Shown here: piece after piece, positions 7,281 through 15,915 of the stretch
Layout of the letters: each line of letters opens with the position of its first letter
How positions within the stretch are numbered: position 1 is the first letter of the stretch
Notes under the pieces: model-generated
Seen by the model: the letters and a program-made list of their open reading frames with translations, nothing else
Database searches by the model: none
Told to the model about the DNA's origin: nothing
Origin: a virus
Lineage: Duplodnaviria; Caudoviricetes
IMG/VR virus record: IMGVR_UViG_3300045135_000807
Coordinates: 36-64,035 of that record
Strand: one strand, 5' to 3'
DNA: 64,000 bases
Position numbers and translations under genes: made by a program

Positions 7281-8089
7281 TGGAGTTCGCGAGCAAACTG
7301 GTTGAGTTGACCGGTAAACCATACCTATCGTACTCGGCTATTAAATACGCTGCGAATGGAAGTAAACAGCAAGACATGAAGCTCTTTGAGCTTTATATAA
7401 AAGGTCTGTTAAAAAAGGATTCCCCGGCATTGTCCTTTGGATCTCTTTACGACTGCCTCTTACTTGAGCCGGAGAAGGCCAGTGACCAGTTCATCATTAT
7501 TGATGATGCTGAAATCTGTGCTTCTATCGGAGGTAAGAGCCCCAGAGCGACAAAGAAATACAAAGAATGGAAAGAGGAGTTCATGGCACAGAACGCAAGT
7601 AAAACCATTGTATCCGAAGAAGATTGGGAGATGGCAACGGCAATGATCAATAGACTGGATGCCTCTGAGTTCGTAGAACCGGAGACTGGTGAGATTGTTT
7701 CGGTAAGGTCTTTTTTGACTGGCAAGCCCCAAGTTGAATTCAATACTTGGATTGAAGAGATACCTGTGCGTGGATTCTTTGACTGTGAAGGAGACACCTT
7801 TATAACAGATAGCAAAAGCACTCGTAGTGTGTATGGCTTTAGGTATGACGTAAAAGGGTTTGACTACGACATACAAGCGTATATCTACACTAAGGTAAGT
7901 GGGGGGAAAGATTTCTATTGGGTCGCCCAAGGTAAATCCAAACCCTACTTGTGTGCTGTCTACAAGGCATCGGACAAAATTCTTGAGAGCGGAGAACAGA
8001 AGTTCTGGTCTGCTGTTGAGAACATCTCGCGATGGCTTGATGAACCAAGCAAGGATACTGAAAGCTTTGCTTTATACGGAGTAATATAA
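7280..8089 (+). CDS. PD-(D/E)XK exonuclease (RecE/ExoVIII-like)
   Basis: LSYSAIK, FGSLYDCLLLEP, RGFFD...TDSKST, YDIQAYIY; start set to the ATG at 7280. Confidence 0.8.
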   Translation: MEFASKLVELTGKPYLSYSAIKYAANGSKQQDMKLFELYIKGLLKKDSPALSFGSLYDCLLLEPEKASDQFIIIDDAEICASIGGKSPRATKKYKEWKEEFMAQNASKTIVSEEDWEMATAMINRLDASEFVEPETGEIVSVRSFLTGKPQVEFNTWIEEIPVRGFFDCEGDTFITDSKSTRSVYGFRYDVKGFDYDIQAYIYTKVSGGKDFYWVAQGKSKPYLCAVYKASDKILESGEQKFWSAVENISRWLDEPSKDTESFALYGVI

Positions 8090-8118
8090 TCGGGAGAAGT
8101 CCCACAATTTTTGTAATC

Positions 8119-8373
8119 ATGACAGAGAAGAAAAATGTCTACATGGGCTACGCTGAAGGTCCAAAGATTCAGCAGAATATCTCATTCAAAGTAGATCAGT
8201 TGGATGAGCTCAAGAAGTACGCAACTCAAGCGGGTAATGTGAACCTTACAGTGGTAACACACTACAGCCGTGATGAGAAAGGCACTAAGTCTTTCATCAG
8301 TGTGTACAATCCTCATGAAGGTAAGACCCAAGGCTTCCAGCCCAAAACGCCTGCTGGTGACTTACCATTCTAA
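8119..8373 (+). CDS. Putative single-stranded DNA-binding protein
   Basis: C-terminal GDLPF tail typical of SSBs; recombination-gene context. Confidence 0.55.
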   Translation: MTEKKNVYMGYAEGPKIQQNISFKVDQLDELKKYATQAGNVNLTVVTHYSRDEKGTKSFISVYNPHEGKTQGFQPKTPAGDLPF

Positions 8374-8683
8374 TGTAGAGGGGGGTCGGATCATCCGGCT
8401 CCCCATTTACTACCTTGAGGTGCAAGTATCCTATTTAAAGCGTAAGCACTGGACACCGATGGATACCTGGGTAGTGACAACGATTGAAGAAATGAACTAT
8501 ATCTTGAGGGAGGATATTAAGACCAAAGACCGACTATTTCAAGCGATCTATGGTAAGGGATACAAAAGCCAAAAAGCTGTCCGCATAGACAAGGTACACA
8601 GCAAGAAAGAGGTTGGCTTTGCTACAAGGCCCTACGAGGAGTTGAGCGAATCACAAAAGAAGAAATACAATGAAATTAGATAG
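8270..8683 (+). CDS. Hypothetical protein (true start probably downstream, about 8419)
   Basis: ORF fills the gap before 8670; its 5' part overlaps the SSB-like gene. Confidence 0.55.
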   Translation: MMRKALSLSSVCTILMKVRPKASSPKRLLVTYHSNVEGGRIIRLPIYYLEVQVSYLKRKHWTPMDTWVVTTIEEMNYILREDIKTKDRLFQAIYGKGYKSQKAVRIDKVHSKKEVGFATRPYEELSESQKKKYNEIR

Positions 8684-9227
8684 CACTTTAATATTTAAAG
8701 CCAACGACCAGTACTTCACACTGAGTGAGTTCTGGGACAATGTCGTAAAGGAAAGAAAGGTAACAGACAGTAGAGCAAGAGGTAACGTGATCTACAGACA
8801 CGCATTCTCATCTATCTGTTATGATGTATCTACACTACCTATCGTACAAATAGCTTCTATCATCAAGCGTGACCACGCCACAGTGATACACGCCGTAAGA
8901 GTAAACGAAGAGAACAGAAAGTACGACCCCAGATATGAATCTGTTTATGTGTGGATGCACAACGAAATATCAAAGGCACTGAAAGACCATATTGATGAGC
9001 GTTCTGAGCTCGTGATGGCTCGTGTGCGTAAGACCAATCCAGACATTGATATTGACTCACTTGTAGAGGGCATCAACAGAGAATGGAGCCTAAAGACTTC
9101 TATCACCATAGAGGAGAATAAGAAGCTCAAGAAGGAACACGAGGGCATCATCAAGCAACTCCAGTTCTTGACCGCTAGAAATAAATTACTTGAATCTGAA
9201 TTAAAACGTGTAAAAAACCTACTGTAA
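8670..9227 (+). CDS. DnaA domain IV-like HTH protein with C-terminal coiled coil
   Basis: IASIIKRDHATVIHAV resembles the DnaA C-terminal RDHTTV signature. Confidence 0.7.
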   Translation: MKLDSTLIFKANDQYFTLSEFWDNVVKERKVTDSRARGNVIYRHAFSSICYDVSTLPIVQIASIIKRDHATVIHAVRVNEENRKYDPRYESVYVWMHNEISKALKDHIDERSELVMARVRKTNPDIDIDSLVEGINREWSLKTSITIEENKKLKKEHEGIIKQLQFLTARNKLLESELKRVKNLL

Positions 9228-9370
9228 TGAAAGATATGAAGCAGTTCCTACGCATTGCAAATGCGAGGCTAAGAAAGATCTATCCGAACAAGCAACAACG
9301 TAGAGCCTGGGCGGCAAAGATGTGGGCAAAGTATGTTCAACGCAAAGCCCAGAGAGATGAGAAGCGATGA
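9227..9370 (+). CDS. Basic 47-aa hypothetical protein (not in ORF track)
   Basis: MKDMKQFLRIANARLRKIYPNKQQRRAWAAKMW...; TAATG coupling. Confidence 0.6.
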   Translation: MKDMKQFLRIANARLRKIYPNKQQRRAWAAKMWAKYVQRKAQRDEKR

Positions 9371-9545
9371 ACTCAAGCAAATGGTAGGTCGGGAATGTGA
9401 GTTTCTGTCCTACTACATTGAAGAGTACGAAAGAATGCTAAGCACAGATCCTAAAAACCAAGCGTTGAAGGATAGCATTAAAGAGATGAAAGGCAAGTGG
9501 GAGGCCTACGACAAGGTGTACAGGTTTATAAAAGAAACGCTATGA
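9357..9545 (+). CDS. Hypothetical protein
   Basis: ORF-track frame; start moved to MRSDEL. Confidence 0.55.
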   Translation: MRSDELKQMVGRECEFLSYYIEEYERMLSTDPKNQALKDSIKEMKGKWEAYDKVYRFIKETL

Positions 9546-9736
9546 AAAAATATCTGAGAAAAATAGCTCACAAAAGGTTTGTCAACAGATACTTGAATGA
9601 CATACGATGGGAGATAATAAACACTGTGATCGCAGCAAGCGCAACAGAGTATAACGAATATGTTACAACACACCTGGAGAACCTGGGACGTCTTGTACGC
9701 AAATACGAAAGAAGAAGAAGATGGCTGAGATTCTAA
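9542..9736 (+). CDS. Hypothetical basic protein
   Basis: MKKYLRK start with ATGA overlap. Confidence 0.6.
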   Translation: MKKYLRKIAHKRFVNRYLNDIRWEIINTVIAASATEYNEYVTTHLENLGRLVRKYERRRRWLRF

Positions 9737-9927
9737 ACATAGACTACCACACCAAGAGATTAGTAACAGAGGCATTGATCCGCAGCAAGGATGTTGCTGA
9801 TGCAGCGACTAAGTTAGAGGTCAGCGTGCGTAGCGTGTTCCGCTACATGAAGAAGTTTGAAATAGACTACAAGGAAATAAAGAAGGCTAGGAAAGATAGA
9901 ATAACCTTTAACACCAAAGAGAAATGA
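9721..9927 (+). CDS. Small Fis-like HTH protein
   Basis: VADAATKLEVSVRSVFRYMKKF HTH pattern. Confidence 0.7.
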   Translation: MAEILNIDYHTKRLVTEALIRSKDVADAATKLEVSVRSVFRYMKKFEIDYKEIKKARKDRITFNTKEK

Positions 9928-10098
9928 CACCATTAGAGAATGTTCAAATTATTGAAGTTAAAGCGGGTGTAACTACTATCACTTACAAAGATGGTACTAA
10001 GCTTACCACTAAAGATGATGTTACACTTGGGCTTGGCTACAAAAATGAGAATGATATTCCTCTAAATGACCATTGTCTTTAACACCAAAAAGAAATGA
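9906..10098 (+). repeat. 22-bp direct repeat CTTTAACACCAAA(G/A)AGAAATGA
   Basis: Copies at 9906-9927 and 10077-10098; each ends in the ATG of the next gene. Confidence 0.85.
9924..10082 (+). CDS. Hypothetical 52-aa protein between the direct repeats (not in ORF track)
   Basis: MTPLENVQIIEVKAGVTTITYKDG...DHCL. Confidence 0.6.
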   Translation: MTPLENVQIIEVKAGVTTITYKDGTKLTTKDDVTLGLGYKNENDIPLNDHCL

Positions 10099-10400
10099 GT
10101 GAAAGAGAAGAAACCTGGAAAGCAATCAGAGAAGGCTATAAAGAATGGCGAGAAGAGCGCAGAGAAAGAAACAGAATGAAAATGCAGAAATGGTTAGATA
10201 AAAATAATATCAAATACTATTTGATGCTGGAGTTAGGAAAGTCTTCATTGTGGAAGGATGGCCATCTTATTGGATACATTTCTATGGCGACAAACGTCAA
10301 CGAACCTATTAACGTAAGGTTAGAAAGCGGACGATGGCAAAAAATGAGAAAACCGGATTTTGTAAAGTATTATAAAAATATAAAAACTGAAGAGTTGTGA
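10095..10400 (+). CDS. Hypothetical protein
   Basis: 101-aa ORF starting in the second 22-bp repeat. Confidence 0.65.
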   Translation: MSEREETWKAIREGYKEWREERRERNRMKMQKWLDKNNIKYYLMLELGKSSLWKDGHLIGYISMATNVNEPINVRLESGRWQKMRKPDFVKYYKNIKTEEL

Positions 10401-10522
10401 AGTTTATACCGCACGAAGACGATTGGGAAAAAGAATACCGAGAGAGTTTAAAGAAGCAGCGCAATCGCAAGATTGCAAACAAGCTTAGAGTTTTAGGATC
10501 ACCTAAAAAGAAAAAGAAATGA
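10397..10522 (+). CDS. Basic 41-aa hypothetical protein (not in ORF track)
   Basis: GTG start overlapping the upstream TGA; MKFIPHEDDWEKEY...KKKKK. Confidence 0.45.
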   Translation: MKFIPHEDDWEKEYRESLKKQRNRKIANKLRVLGSPKKKKK

Positions 10523-10580
10523 CTGATATTATATCACTATGCAACCGTGATCTGGATGATAACGGAATAGAAAAAGACTG

Positions 10581-11069
10581 ATGAAACGTTTCTCAAAAGA
10601 ATCTTGGGAAGACTATAAGGCCAAGCTACGCAGATCTAATGATGCTGTGTGGGCTGTGGCTAGATACCTACACTCGCTACAACATACAGTGACCGTACCG
10701 GCACTGCACATCGCTAAAGACCTCAGCGAATACAAAGAGATGGTGGATGAAGGAGATATCATCCTACATCGCGATGGTAAAGAAGATATCGTTGAGGTAA
10801 AACACCAGAGCTGGGACTGGACAGACCATAGCCACATACCTTGGCCAGAGATCATTGTCTGTGCAAAGAAGAGCTACGACCGCCACAAGAAAAAGCCTGT
10901 AGCTTACTTCCTGGTAAATAAACAGCTGTCACACTCACTCGTGATACCCACCTCCACCTACAGCTCCTGGACCGTAAAAGACATCCACGACAAACACAAG
11001 AATTGGATACAAAGGATGTACATGATCGTACCTACAAATTATCAGTTCACACAACTTGATTTATTGTAG
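10581..11069 (+). CDS. Putative PD-(D/E)XK nuclease-fold protein
   Basis: DEGDI...VEVKH motif. Confidence 0.55.
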   Translation: MKRFSKESWEDYKAKLRRSNDAVWAVARYLHSLQHTVTVPALHIAKDLSEYKEMVDEGDIILHRDGKEDIVEVKHQSWDWTDHSHIPWPEIIVCAKKSYDRHKKKPVAYFLVNKQLSHSLVIPTSTYSSWTVKDIHDKHKNWIQRMYMIVPTNYQFTQLDLL

Positions 11070-11102
11070 CATTGTTTATATCTTCATGTCAAATTCAATT
11101 CA

Positions 11103-11363
11103 ATGTCAATTAAAGATCAAATCATAGAGCTGTACGCCGATCACGAAGAAGGCGCACCGCTGTTTGCCGATGGTTTTGACGCTGCCATCATCGGTATCTG
11201 CCCTACATCACTGCGAGTGGTGTACTCACGAAATGTATGTATTGACATCCTCATTGCCGAGGGAGACAGCTGGGAAGATGCTGTTGACTATCTGGAATAT
11301 AACACGTTTAACGCCTATGTTGGGGAACATACTCCTATATGGGTGGAAGACTTTAAATGGTAA
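11103..11363 (+). CDS. Conserved phage hypothetical protein
   Basis: ADGFDAAIIG...EYNTFNAYVGEHTPIW, a pattern I recognise from aquatic phages. Confidence 0.7.
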   Translation: MSIKDQIIELYADHEEGAPLFADGFDAAIIGICPTSLRVVYSRNVCIDILIAEGDSWEDAVDYLEYNTFNAYVGEHTPIWVEDFKW

Positions 11364-11367
11364 GACT

Positions 11368-11574
11368 ATGGCCTATAACAACAACAAAGAGCACAAGAAG
11401 ATTATTGACTGCGTACTGATGCGAAACGCTATTATGTACACTAACCTTGGCACAGACTGCCCACGCAGTGAGTACGACAAAGCAAAACTGGAAGAGAGAC
11501 GCAGGCTGAGAAAGATTCAGCACCTTGATCCAGAGAAAATAGGAAGATTAATCAAAGACTCGCTAGATGACTAA
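11368..11574 (+). CDS. Hypothetical protein
   Basis: Start moved to MAYNNNK; overlaps the next gene's start. Confidence 0.6.
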   Translation: MAYNNNKEHKKIIDCVLMRNAIMYTNLGTDCPRSEYDKAKLEERRRLRKIQHLDPEKIGRLIKDSLDD

Positions 11575-11923
11575 TACACCACCAGAGTACTACATCGGCA
11601 AGTACAAGAAGATTGAGGCAATGGATGTTGTCTTAGACTTCCAAGAAGATAATTACAACCTTGGCGTTGCCATCGCATATCTGTTGCGTGCCGGGAAGAA
11701 AAAGGGCAACCCCATCACTCAAGACATTGAGAAAGCAATAGTACATCTGAAAACTGAACTTGAACACTTAACTACAAATGGAGGATCTAACAGTAACGAT
11801 ATTCAAGAACATCAAGGACATCCAATCCCCTCATCATATTACTATACGAACAGCACTGGCGCGTATAAAGAGTGGCAAGAGCAAATCCTTGATAGAGAGG
11901 GTCCGTGGAGTTCACAGCGTTGA
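11567..11923 (+). CDS. DUF3310-like protein
   Basis: PPEYY...IEAMDV...YNLGVAIAYLLRAGKK...DIEKAI motif. Confidence 0.75.
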   Translation: MTNTPPEYYIGKYKKIEAMDVVLDFQEDNYNLGVAIAYLLRAGKKKGNPITQDIEKAIVHLKTELEHLTTNGGSNSNDIQEHQGHPIPSSYYYTNSTGAYKEWQEQILDREGPWSSQR

Positions 11924-13598
11924 CGAGAACAATAACCCTGTACCCGATAAAGAAGCCAAGAAAGACCTTCCTGTAGTCTGTTTTAGTGGGCAGTTTGATT
12001 CACGTAGAGATGACGCTCTAGTGTCTCACAACGGTCTAATAGTACTTGACTTTGACCACATTGATGTGGATGTATCTAAGTCTATCCTGGCTACAGATGA
12101 CTATGTGTATGCCTGCTGGGTGTCTCCAAGTGGAGACGGATTGAAGGCTCTGGTAAGGATCAGCACGCCGTCCAAACACCGCGAACACTTCAAGGCGATA
12201 CAGCTGTACATGGACCGCACATACGGTCTGGAGGTAGATCCATCGGGAAAGAATGAATCTCGTGCATGTTTTGAGTCTTATGATCCAGACATCATCATCA
12301 ACGACAACTGCAAGACATTCTCTTCCATCGTCTCTGATACCGAGGAAAAACAGGTAGCTCACCACAAGCAGATTACAACAGACTACAACAAGCTTGCTAT
12401 CATCTCTTCTATCATCCGTAGAGCTGAAGATGGTGAGAAGCACACACAGCTGGTAAAAGCTGCACACCTCGCTGGAGGATTTATATCTGCCGGGCGTATT
12501 GAAGAGGATGAAGCTCGTAGAGTGCTCATGCGTGAGATCCTCAAGAAAGACATAGACAGCGAGGAGAATGCTCGTAAAGCTATTGATGATGCGCTGGAAG
12601 CTGGTAAGAAGATGCCTATCCGTGATGTGGTAGATGGCGAGAGCAAGGCCATCCGAGAGATGCAACTCAACGATAATGACTTCAGCTTCGTATCTAATGA
12701 CGACCTGGACTTCAGCTGGATATCTGATTACGCTGCGGGAAACATTGAGATTGGACTAACCACAGGTAACGACATCTTAGACAAATACTTCCGCTACAAG
12801 AAAGACTTTACCATCATCAACGGTATATCTAATGTCGGTAAGACCACACTTGCATTATACCTCATGGTAAATTCAGCTGTTCTTCATGGTTGGAAGTGGA
12901 TTGTATACAGTTCAGAGAACAAAACAGCATCAGTGAAGATGCGCTTGATGGAGTTCATTGTTGATATGCCCATCCGACAAATGGATCGTGAGATGCAGAA
13001 GTATGCATTCAACTGGGTAAACAAACACTTTAAAATCATCAGCAACAACGATGTATACAACTACAGTGAGCTTATTCTTTTTGCTGAGAAGATTATGCAC
13101 CACGAAGGGAAGTATGACGGCTTCTTCGTAGATCCCTACAACAGCTTGCGTATAGACATAGGTAAGAACATCAGCAGCCACGAGTATCACTACGAGGCGG
13201 CATCAGAGTTCCTTACATTCTCCAACAGGATGAACATGGCTGTTTGGCTAAATATGCACGCAGTAACAGAAGCCCAGCGTGTGCGTGGAGAAGATGGCTT
13301 GCCTGTAGCACCAACAGCAGCGATGACTGAAGGAGGCGGTAAGTTCGTGAATAGGGCCGACTGCTTCTTGACATTTCACAGGAAGGTTTCCTCACCAGAG
13401 TACGATATACGTAAGACAATGGAGTTCCACGTACGTAAGATTAGGGAGACAGAAACTGGAGGAGAATGTACCGTCTGGAATGAGCCGTTCCTCTTCCGGA
13501 TGAACGAATCCAACACAGGTTTCAGTACTTACACACCACAAGGAAGCCTGTATACGCCGCTGGTGTTAAAAAGAATCCAAGGAGAGCTAGTTTTATAA
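11778..13598 (+). CDS. Primase-helicase (VirE-N/BT4734-like primase domain + P-loop helicase)
   Basis: N-terminal IVLDFDH and SPSGDGLK motifs; Walker A GISNVGKT; Walker B FFVDPYN. Confidence 0.85.
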   Translation: MEDLTVTIFKNIKDIQSPHHITIRTALARIKSGKSKSLIERVRGVHSVDENNNPVPDKEAKKDLPVVCFSGQFDSRRDDALVSHNGLIVLDFDHIDVDVSKSILATDDYVYACWVSPSGDGLKALVRISTPSKHREHFKAIQLYMDRTYGLEVDPSGKNESRACFESYDPDIIINDNCKTFSSIVSDTEEKQVAHHKQITTDYNKLAIISSIIRRAEDGEKHTQLVKAAHLAGGFISAGRIEEDEARRVLMREILKKDIDSEENARKAIDDALEAGKKMPIRDVVDGESKAIREMQLNDNDFSFVSNDDLDFSWISDYAAGNIEIGLTTGNDILDKYFRYKKDFTIINGISNVGKTTLALYLMVNSAVLHGWKWIVYSSENKTASVKMRLMEFIVDMPIRQMDREMQKYAFNWVNKHFKIISNNDVYNYSELILFAEKIMHHEGKYDGFFVDPYNSLRIDIGKNISSHEYHYEAASEFLTFSNRMNMAVWLNMHAVTEAQRVRGEDGLPVAPTAAMTEGGGKFVNRADCFLTFHRKVSSPEYDIRKTMEFHVRKIRETETGGECTVWNEPFLFRMNESNTGFSTYTPQGSLYTPLVLKRIQGELVL

Positions 13599-13649
13599 CT
13601 AGCTTTTTTTGTTTTATAAACATAAATTAGTTAGATTGTTAGAAACTAT

Positions 13650-14024
13650 ATGGATCAAACCATTGAAATAGCATTGTATTTGCCTAAGCCACCATCGTTG
13701 AACACGTTCTACGCTGGTAAACACTGGACAATACGCAAGAAACATAAAGAAAAGTATAACCAAAGTATAAAGGAAGCCTTTGAAAGCTATGATGATTTTA
13801 CAGCTGATCAGTTCTCCATTAGAGTTGAATACAACGCACGATATGACGTAGATAACGCCATCATGTGTGCAAAGTTTGTAAGCGACTACTTAAAGGATAA
13901 TGGATATGCTGTTGATGATACCCCAAAGTATTTCGTTAAACAAAGCACTGAATACAATAACACCCTAAAGAAAAATGAGTTCCTATGTAAGATTAAGCTC
14001 TATGGATACCGCCTCCGTGAGTAA
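13650..14024 (+). CDS. RusA-like Holliday junction resolvase
   Basis: PPSLN...RYDVDN...KFVSDYL...DDTP pattern. Confidence 0.7.
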   Translation: MDQTIEIALYLPKPPSLNTFYAGKHWTIRKKHKEKYNQSIKEAFESYDDFTADQFSIRVEYNARYDVDNAIMCAKFVSDYLKDNGYAVDDTPKYFVKQSTEYNNTLKKNEFLCKIKLYGYRLRE

Positions 14025-14232
14025 AGATTTCTTCAACGCCTGTGACATGATGCACCAGATGGTTGATGAATTGTATGAAAGCCTACATGATCCCTACGGA
14101 CAGCCCCTGCTAAATGAGGAGGAGATCATGGAACTGACCAAGACATTTAAAAATAAGATGCGTCTTGAGTTGGATATGGTAAAGTCATCTGTTCACCAGC
14201 ACCTGGAAGAGCATGCCAAGGGCGACAGCTAA
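14017..14232 (+). CDS. Hypothetical protein
   Basis: GTG start overlapping the upstream stop; ORF-track frame. Confidence 0.55.
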   Translation: MSKDFFNACDMMHQMVDELYESLHDPYGQPLLNEEEIMELTKTFKNKMRLELDMVKSSVHQHLEEHAKGDS

Positions 14233-14590
14233 ATGCTACAAGTGTAAGAGGATAAAAAAGAAGAGCCTCTTTCATAAAGACAACTCCAGGAAGTCTGGAG
14301 TAGCTTCGTACTGCAAAGCCTGTAAGAAAAAATCAGACTCTAAAAGAGCGGGGAACTACGGTGACAAAGATGAGGAAGGTAATTACATATACACCGTCTA
14401 CTACCTTCCAGAAGAGCATTACGTAGGAATGACAAAGGCCCTAGAGAAGAGGATGAGGGACCACAAAAAGCTCGGAAAAATTACTGAAGGATACGAAATC
14501 ATAGGCCAGTACTCAGATCCAAAGATGGCTCACCTGGTAGAGACAAGGATGCATCTGATGGGCTACAATGGGTTTCATTACAATGGTTAA
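14213..14590 (+). CDS. Zn-finger + GIY-YIG endonuclease
   Basis: CYKC...CKAC followed by TVYYL...YVGMT...RMRDH...E. Confidence 0.7.
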   Translation: MPRATAKCYKCKRIKKKSLFHKDNSRKSGVASYCKACKKKSDSKRAGNYGDKDEEGNYIYTVYYLPEEHYVGMTKALEKRMRDHKKLGKITEGYEIIGQYSDPKMAHLVETRMHLMGYNGFHYNG

Positions 14591-14643
14591 TTCCGTACCT
14601 TTACAAGCTCTTTATTTTTCTAACCCTTTTAAAAATTATAGCT

Positions 14644-14766
14644 ATGTCTGAACTACAGATTAGTGACAGCTTTGCTGACTTTGTGAACGAGCTTGAAACC
14701 AGTGATAAGAACGCCAATGCTCAATGCTCTATTGACAATCCGGAATGTGAGAGCTGTAGCGGTTAG
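14644..14766 (+). CDS. 40-aa peptide resembling the RNR alpha-subunit C-terminal tail (not in ORF track)
   Basis: MSELQISDSFADFVNELETSDKNANAQCSIDNPECESCSG; AT-rich leader upstream and terminator immediately downstream. Confidence 0.7.
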   Translation: MSELQISDSFADFVNELETSDKNANAQCSIDNPECESCSG

Positions 14767-14773
14767 AATGATC

Positions 14774-14804
14774 AGAGGGGTGGAAAAAATTCTGCCCCTC
14801 TTTT
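14774..14804 (+). terminator. Rho-independent terminator
   Basis: AGAGGGG...CCCCTCT stem followed by Ts. Confidence 0.75.
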
Positions 14805-14825
14805 ATTTTATATGTTAAAGTTTTA

Positions 14826-14925
14826 TATATTTGAACTGTTACTCTTACCACATTTCTCCCCAACCTCTTTGGTATAGAGTTATAGTTTTCAGATCGGAAA
14901 AGGAGGCCTATGAGCCTCCTTTTTT
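14826..14925 (+). ncRNA. Candidate small RNA of about 90 nt, with its promoter box
   Basis: TATATTTG box at 14826-14833, a long hairpin with a CU-rich loop, then a terminator; no + strand ATG-initiated ORF in between. Confidence 0.45.
14898..14925. terminator. Bidirectional terminator at the convergence of the + and - transcription blocks
   Basis: AAAAGGAGGC-CTATGA-GCCTCCTTTT. Confidence 0.85.
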
Positions 14926-15024
14926 GTTTGCGTAACAGCAGCTGCCGTCACATTCCTTTGGTTCTACAGCACAGTACTTACTTTTAACGTCAGTAGTTTG
15001 CTGTTTCTTTTTCTTCTTAGGCAT
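14908..15024 (-). CDS. 38-aa Lys/Cys-rich peptide (not in ORF track)
   Basis: MPKKKKKQQTTDVKSKYCAVEPKECDGSCCYANKKGGS; overlaps the stop of the lipoprotein gene. Confidence 0.4.
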   Translation of the reverse strand: MPKKKKKQQTTDVKSKYCAVEPKECDGSCCYANKKGGS

Positions 15025-15442
15025 TTAATAGATACTTAAAGGTTAGTCTTAATACGAAAGCCACTAGAGCAAACAGTAAAACTAATCCCTGTATCTTCTG
15101 CCAGAGAGTTTTTTCTTTAACATATACAATCTTTTCATAGGGTACTTCAATAGTCGTTACGATCGTATCCGAGGCGCATTCTGCGTTTATAGTAATGGTG
15201 TCGTTCACCTTTACTAATTGTACCTTGAGACGATCCTTCTGAATCACTATAGTATCGTGTTGCTTCAAAGTCACAGTATCCGTGATAGCCACAGGTGGGC
15301 TTACAACCGTGGTCGTCACAACCAGCGTGTCTTTTTCCAGAATCAAAGGGTCTTTTTGCACCGCTTTCTTCAAGTGCCATTGAGCGCTGCAACTCATTAA
15401 TGAGCTTAGCAGAATTAACTTTACCAGCCATTTCATCTTCAT
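15017..15442 (-). CDS. Lipoprotein, putative unimolecular spanin
   Basis: Signal peptide with lipobox LMSC, beta-rich middle and C-terminal TM helix; lysis-cassette position. Confidence 0.6.
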   Translation of the reverse strand: MKMKWLVKLILLSSLMSCSAQWHLKKAVQKDPLILEKDTLVVTTTVVSPPVAITDTVTLKQHDTIVIQKDRLKVQLVKVNDTITINAECASDTIVTTIEVPYEKIVYVKEKTLWQKIQGLVLLFALVAFVLRLTFKYLLNA

Positions 15443-15915
15443 CCGTTATAATCAAAGTCTCTATAAGAAATGGTCACAGATCCTCCCCCCTCAAGAACCT
15501 CAGCGATCTGAGGATATATTCTTTTATACGCTTGAGTAGAGCTACCAATGAAACCATCGCTATCGCCAAAATTCGTTTGTTGACTATCACCAACAAGGAG
15601 ACACCCAGCAGTGTGTTCGTCAGTATTACCAGTATGTATAAGAATATACTCAAAGCCAGGCACGTCACGAACCCATAACATTCCTTTGTGCATCTGGCCA
15701 TACTTCTTTAGATATCTTCCATGAAATCCTCCAGTCGTCCTGAGAGTAATCCTGTATGTTCCTGAAGGGACTCTAGTCTCGCTAGAGACTTTCTCCTCCC
15801 GATACTCGTCTTCAAGCGTGTAGCAAAGGAATCTTCTTTTGCCTCCCGTAACATCAAATAATAGTCCATTCGTGCTGTCTTTCTGGCTGCTAAAGCGCAA
15901 TACCTCTAACTCCAT
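15439..15915 (-). CDS. DUF5675-family protein, putative endolysin
   Basis: CYTLED...TRVPSGTY...ILIHTGNT...TAGCLLVG motif; lies between holin-like and spanin-like genes. Confidence 0.7.
   Translation of the reverse strand: MELEVLRFSSQKDSTNGLLFDVTGGKRRFLCYTLEDEYREEKVSSETRVPSGTYRITLRTTGGFHGRYLKKYGQMHKGMLWVRDVPGFEYILIHTGNTDEHTAGCLLVGDSQQTNFGDSDGFIGSSTQAYKRIYPQIAEVLEGGGSVTISYRDFDYNG

Noticed and set aside
5710-13419. Minus-strand ORFs 5710-6246, 7460-7930, 12036-12665 and similar
   Set aside because: They are antisense to well-supported + strand genes and show no recognisable motifs.
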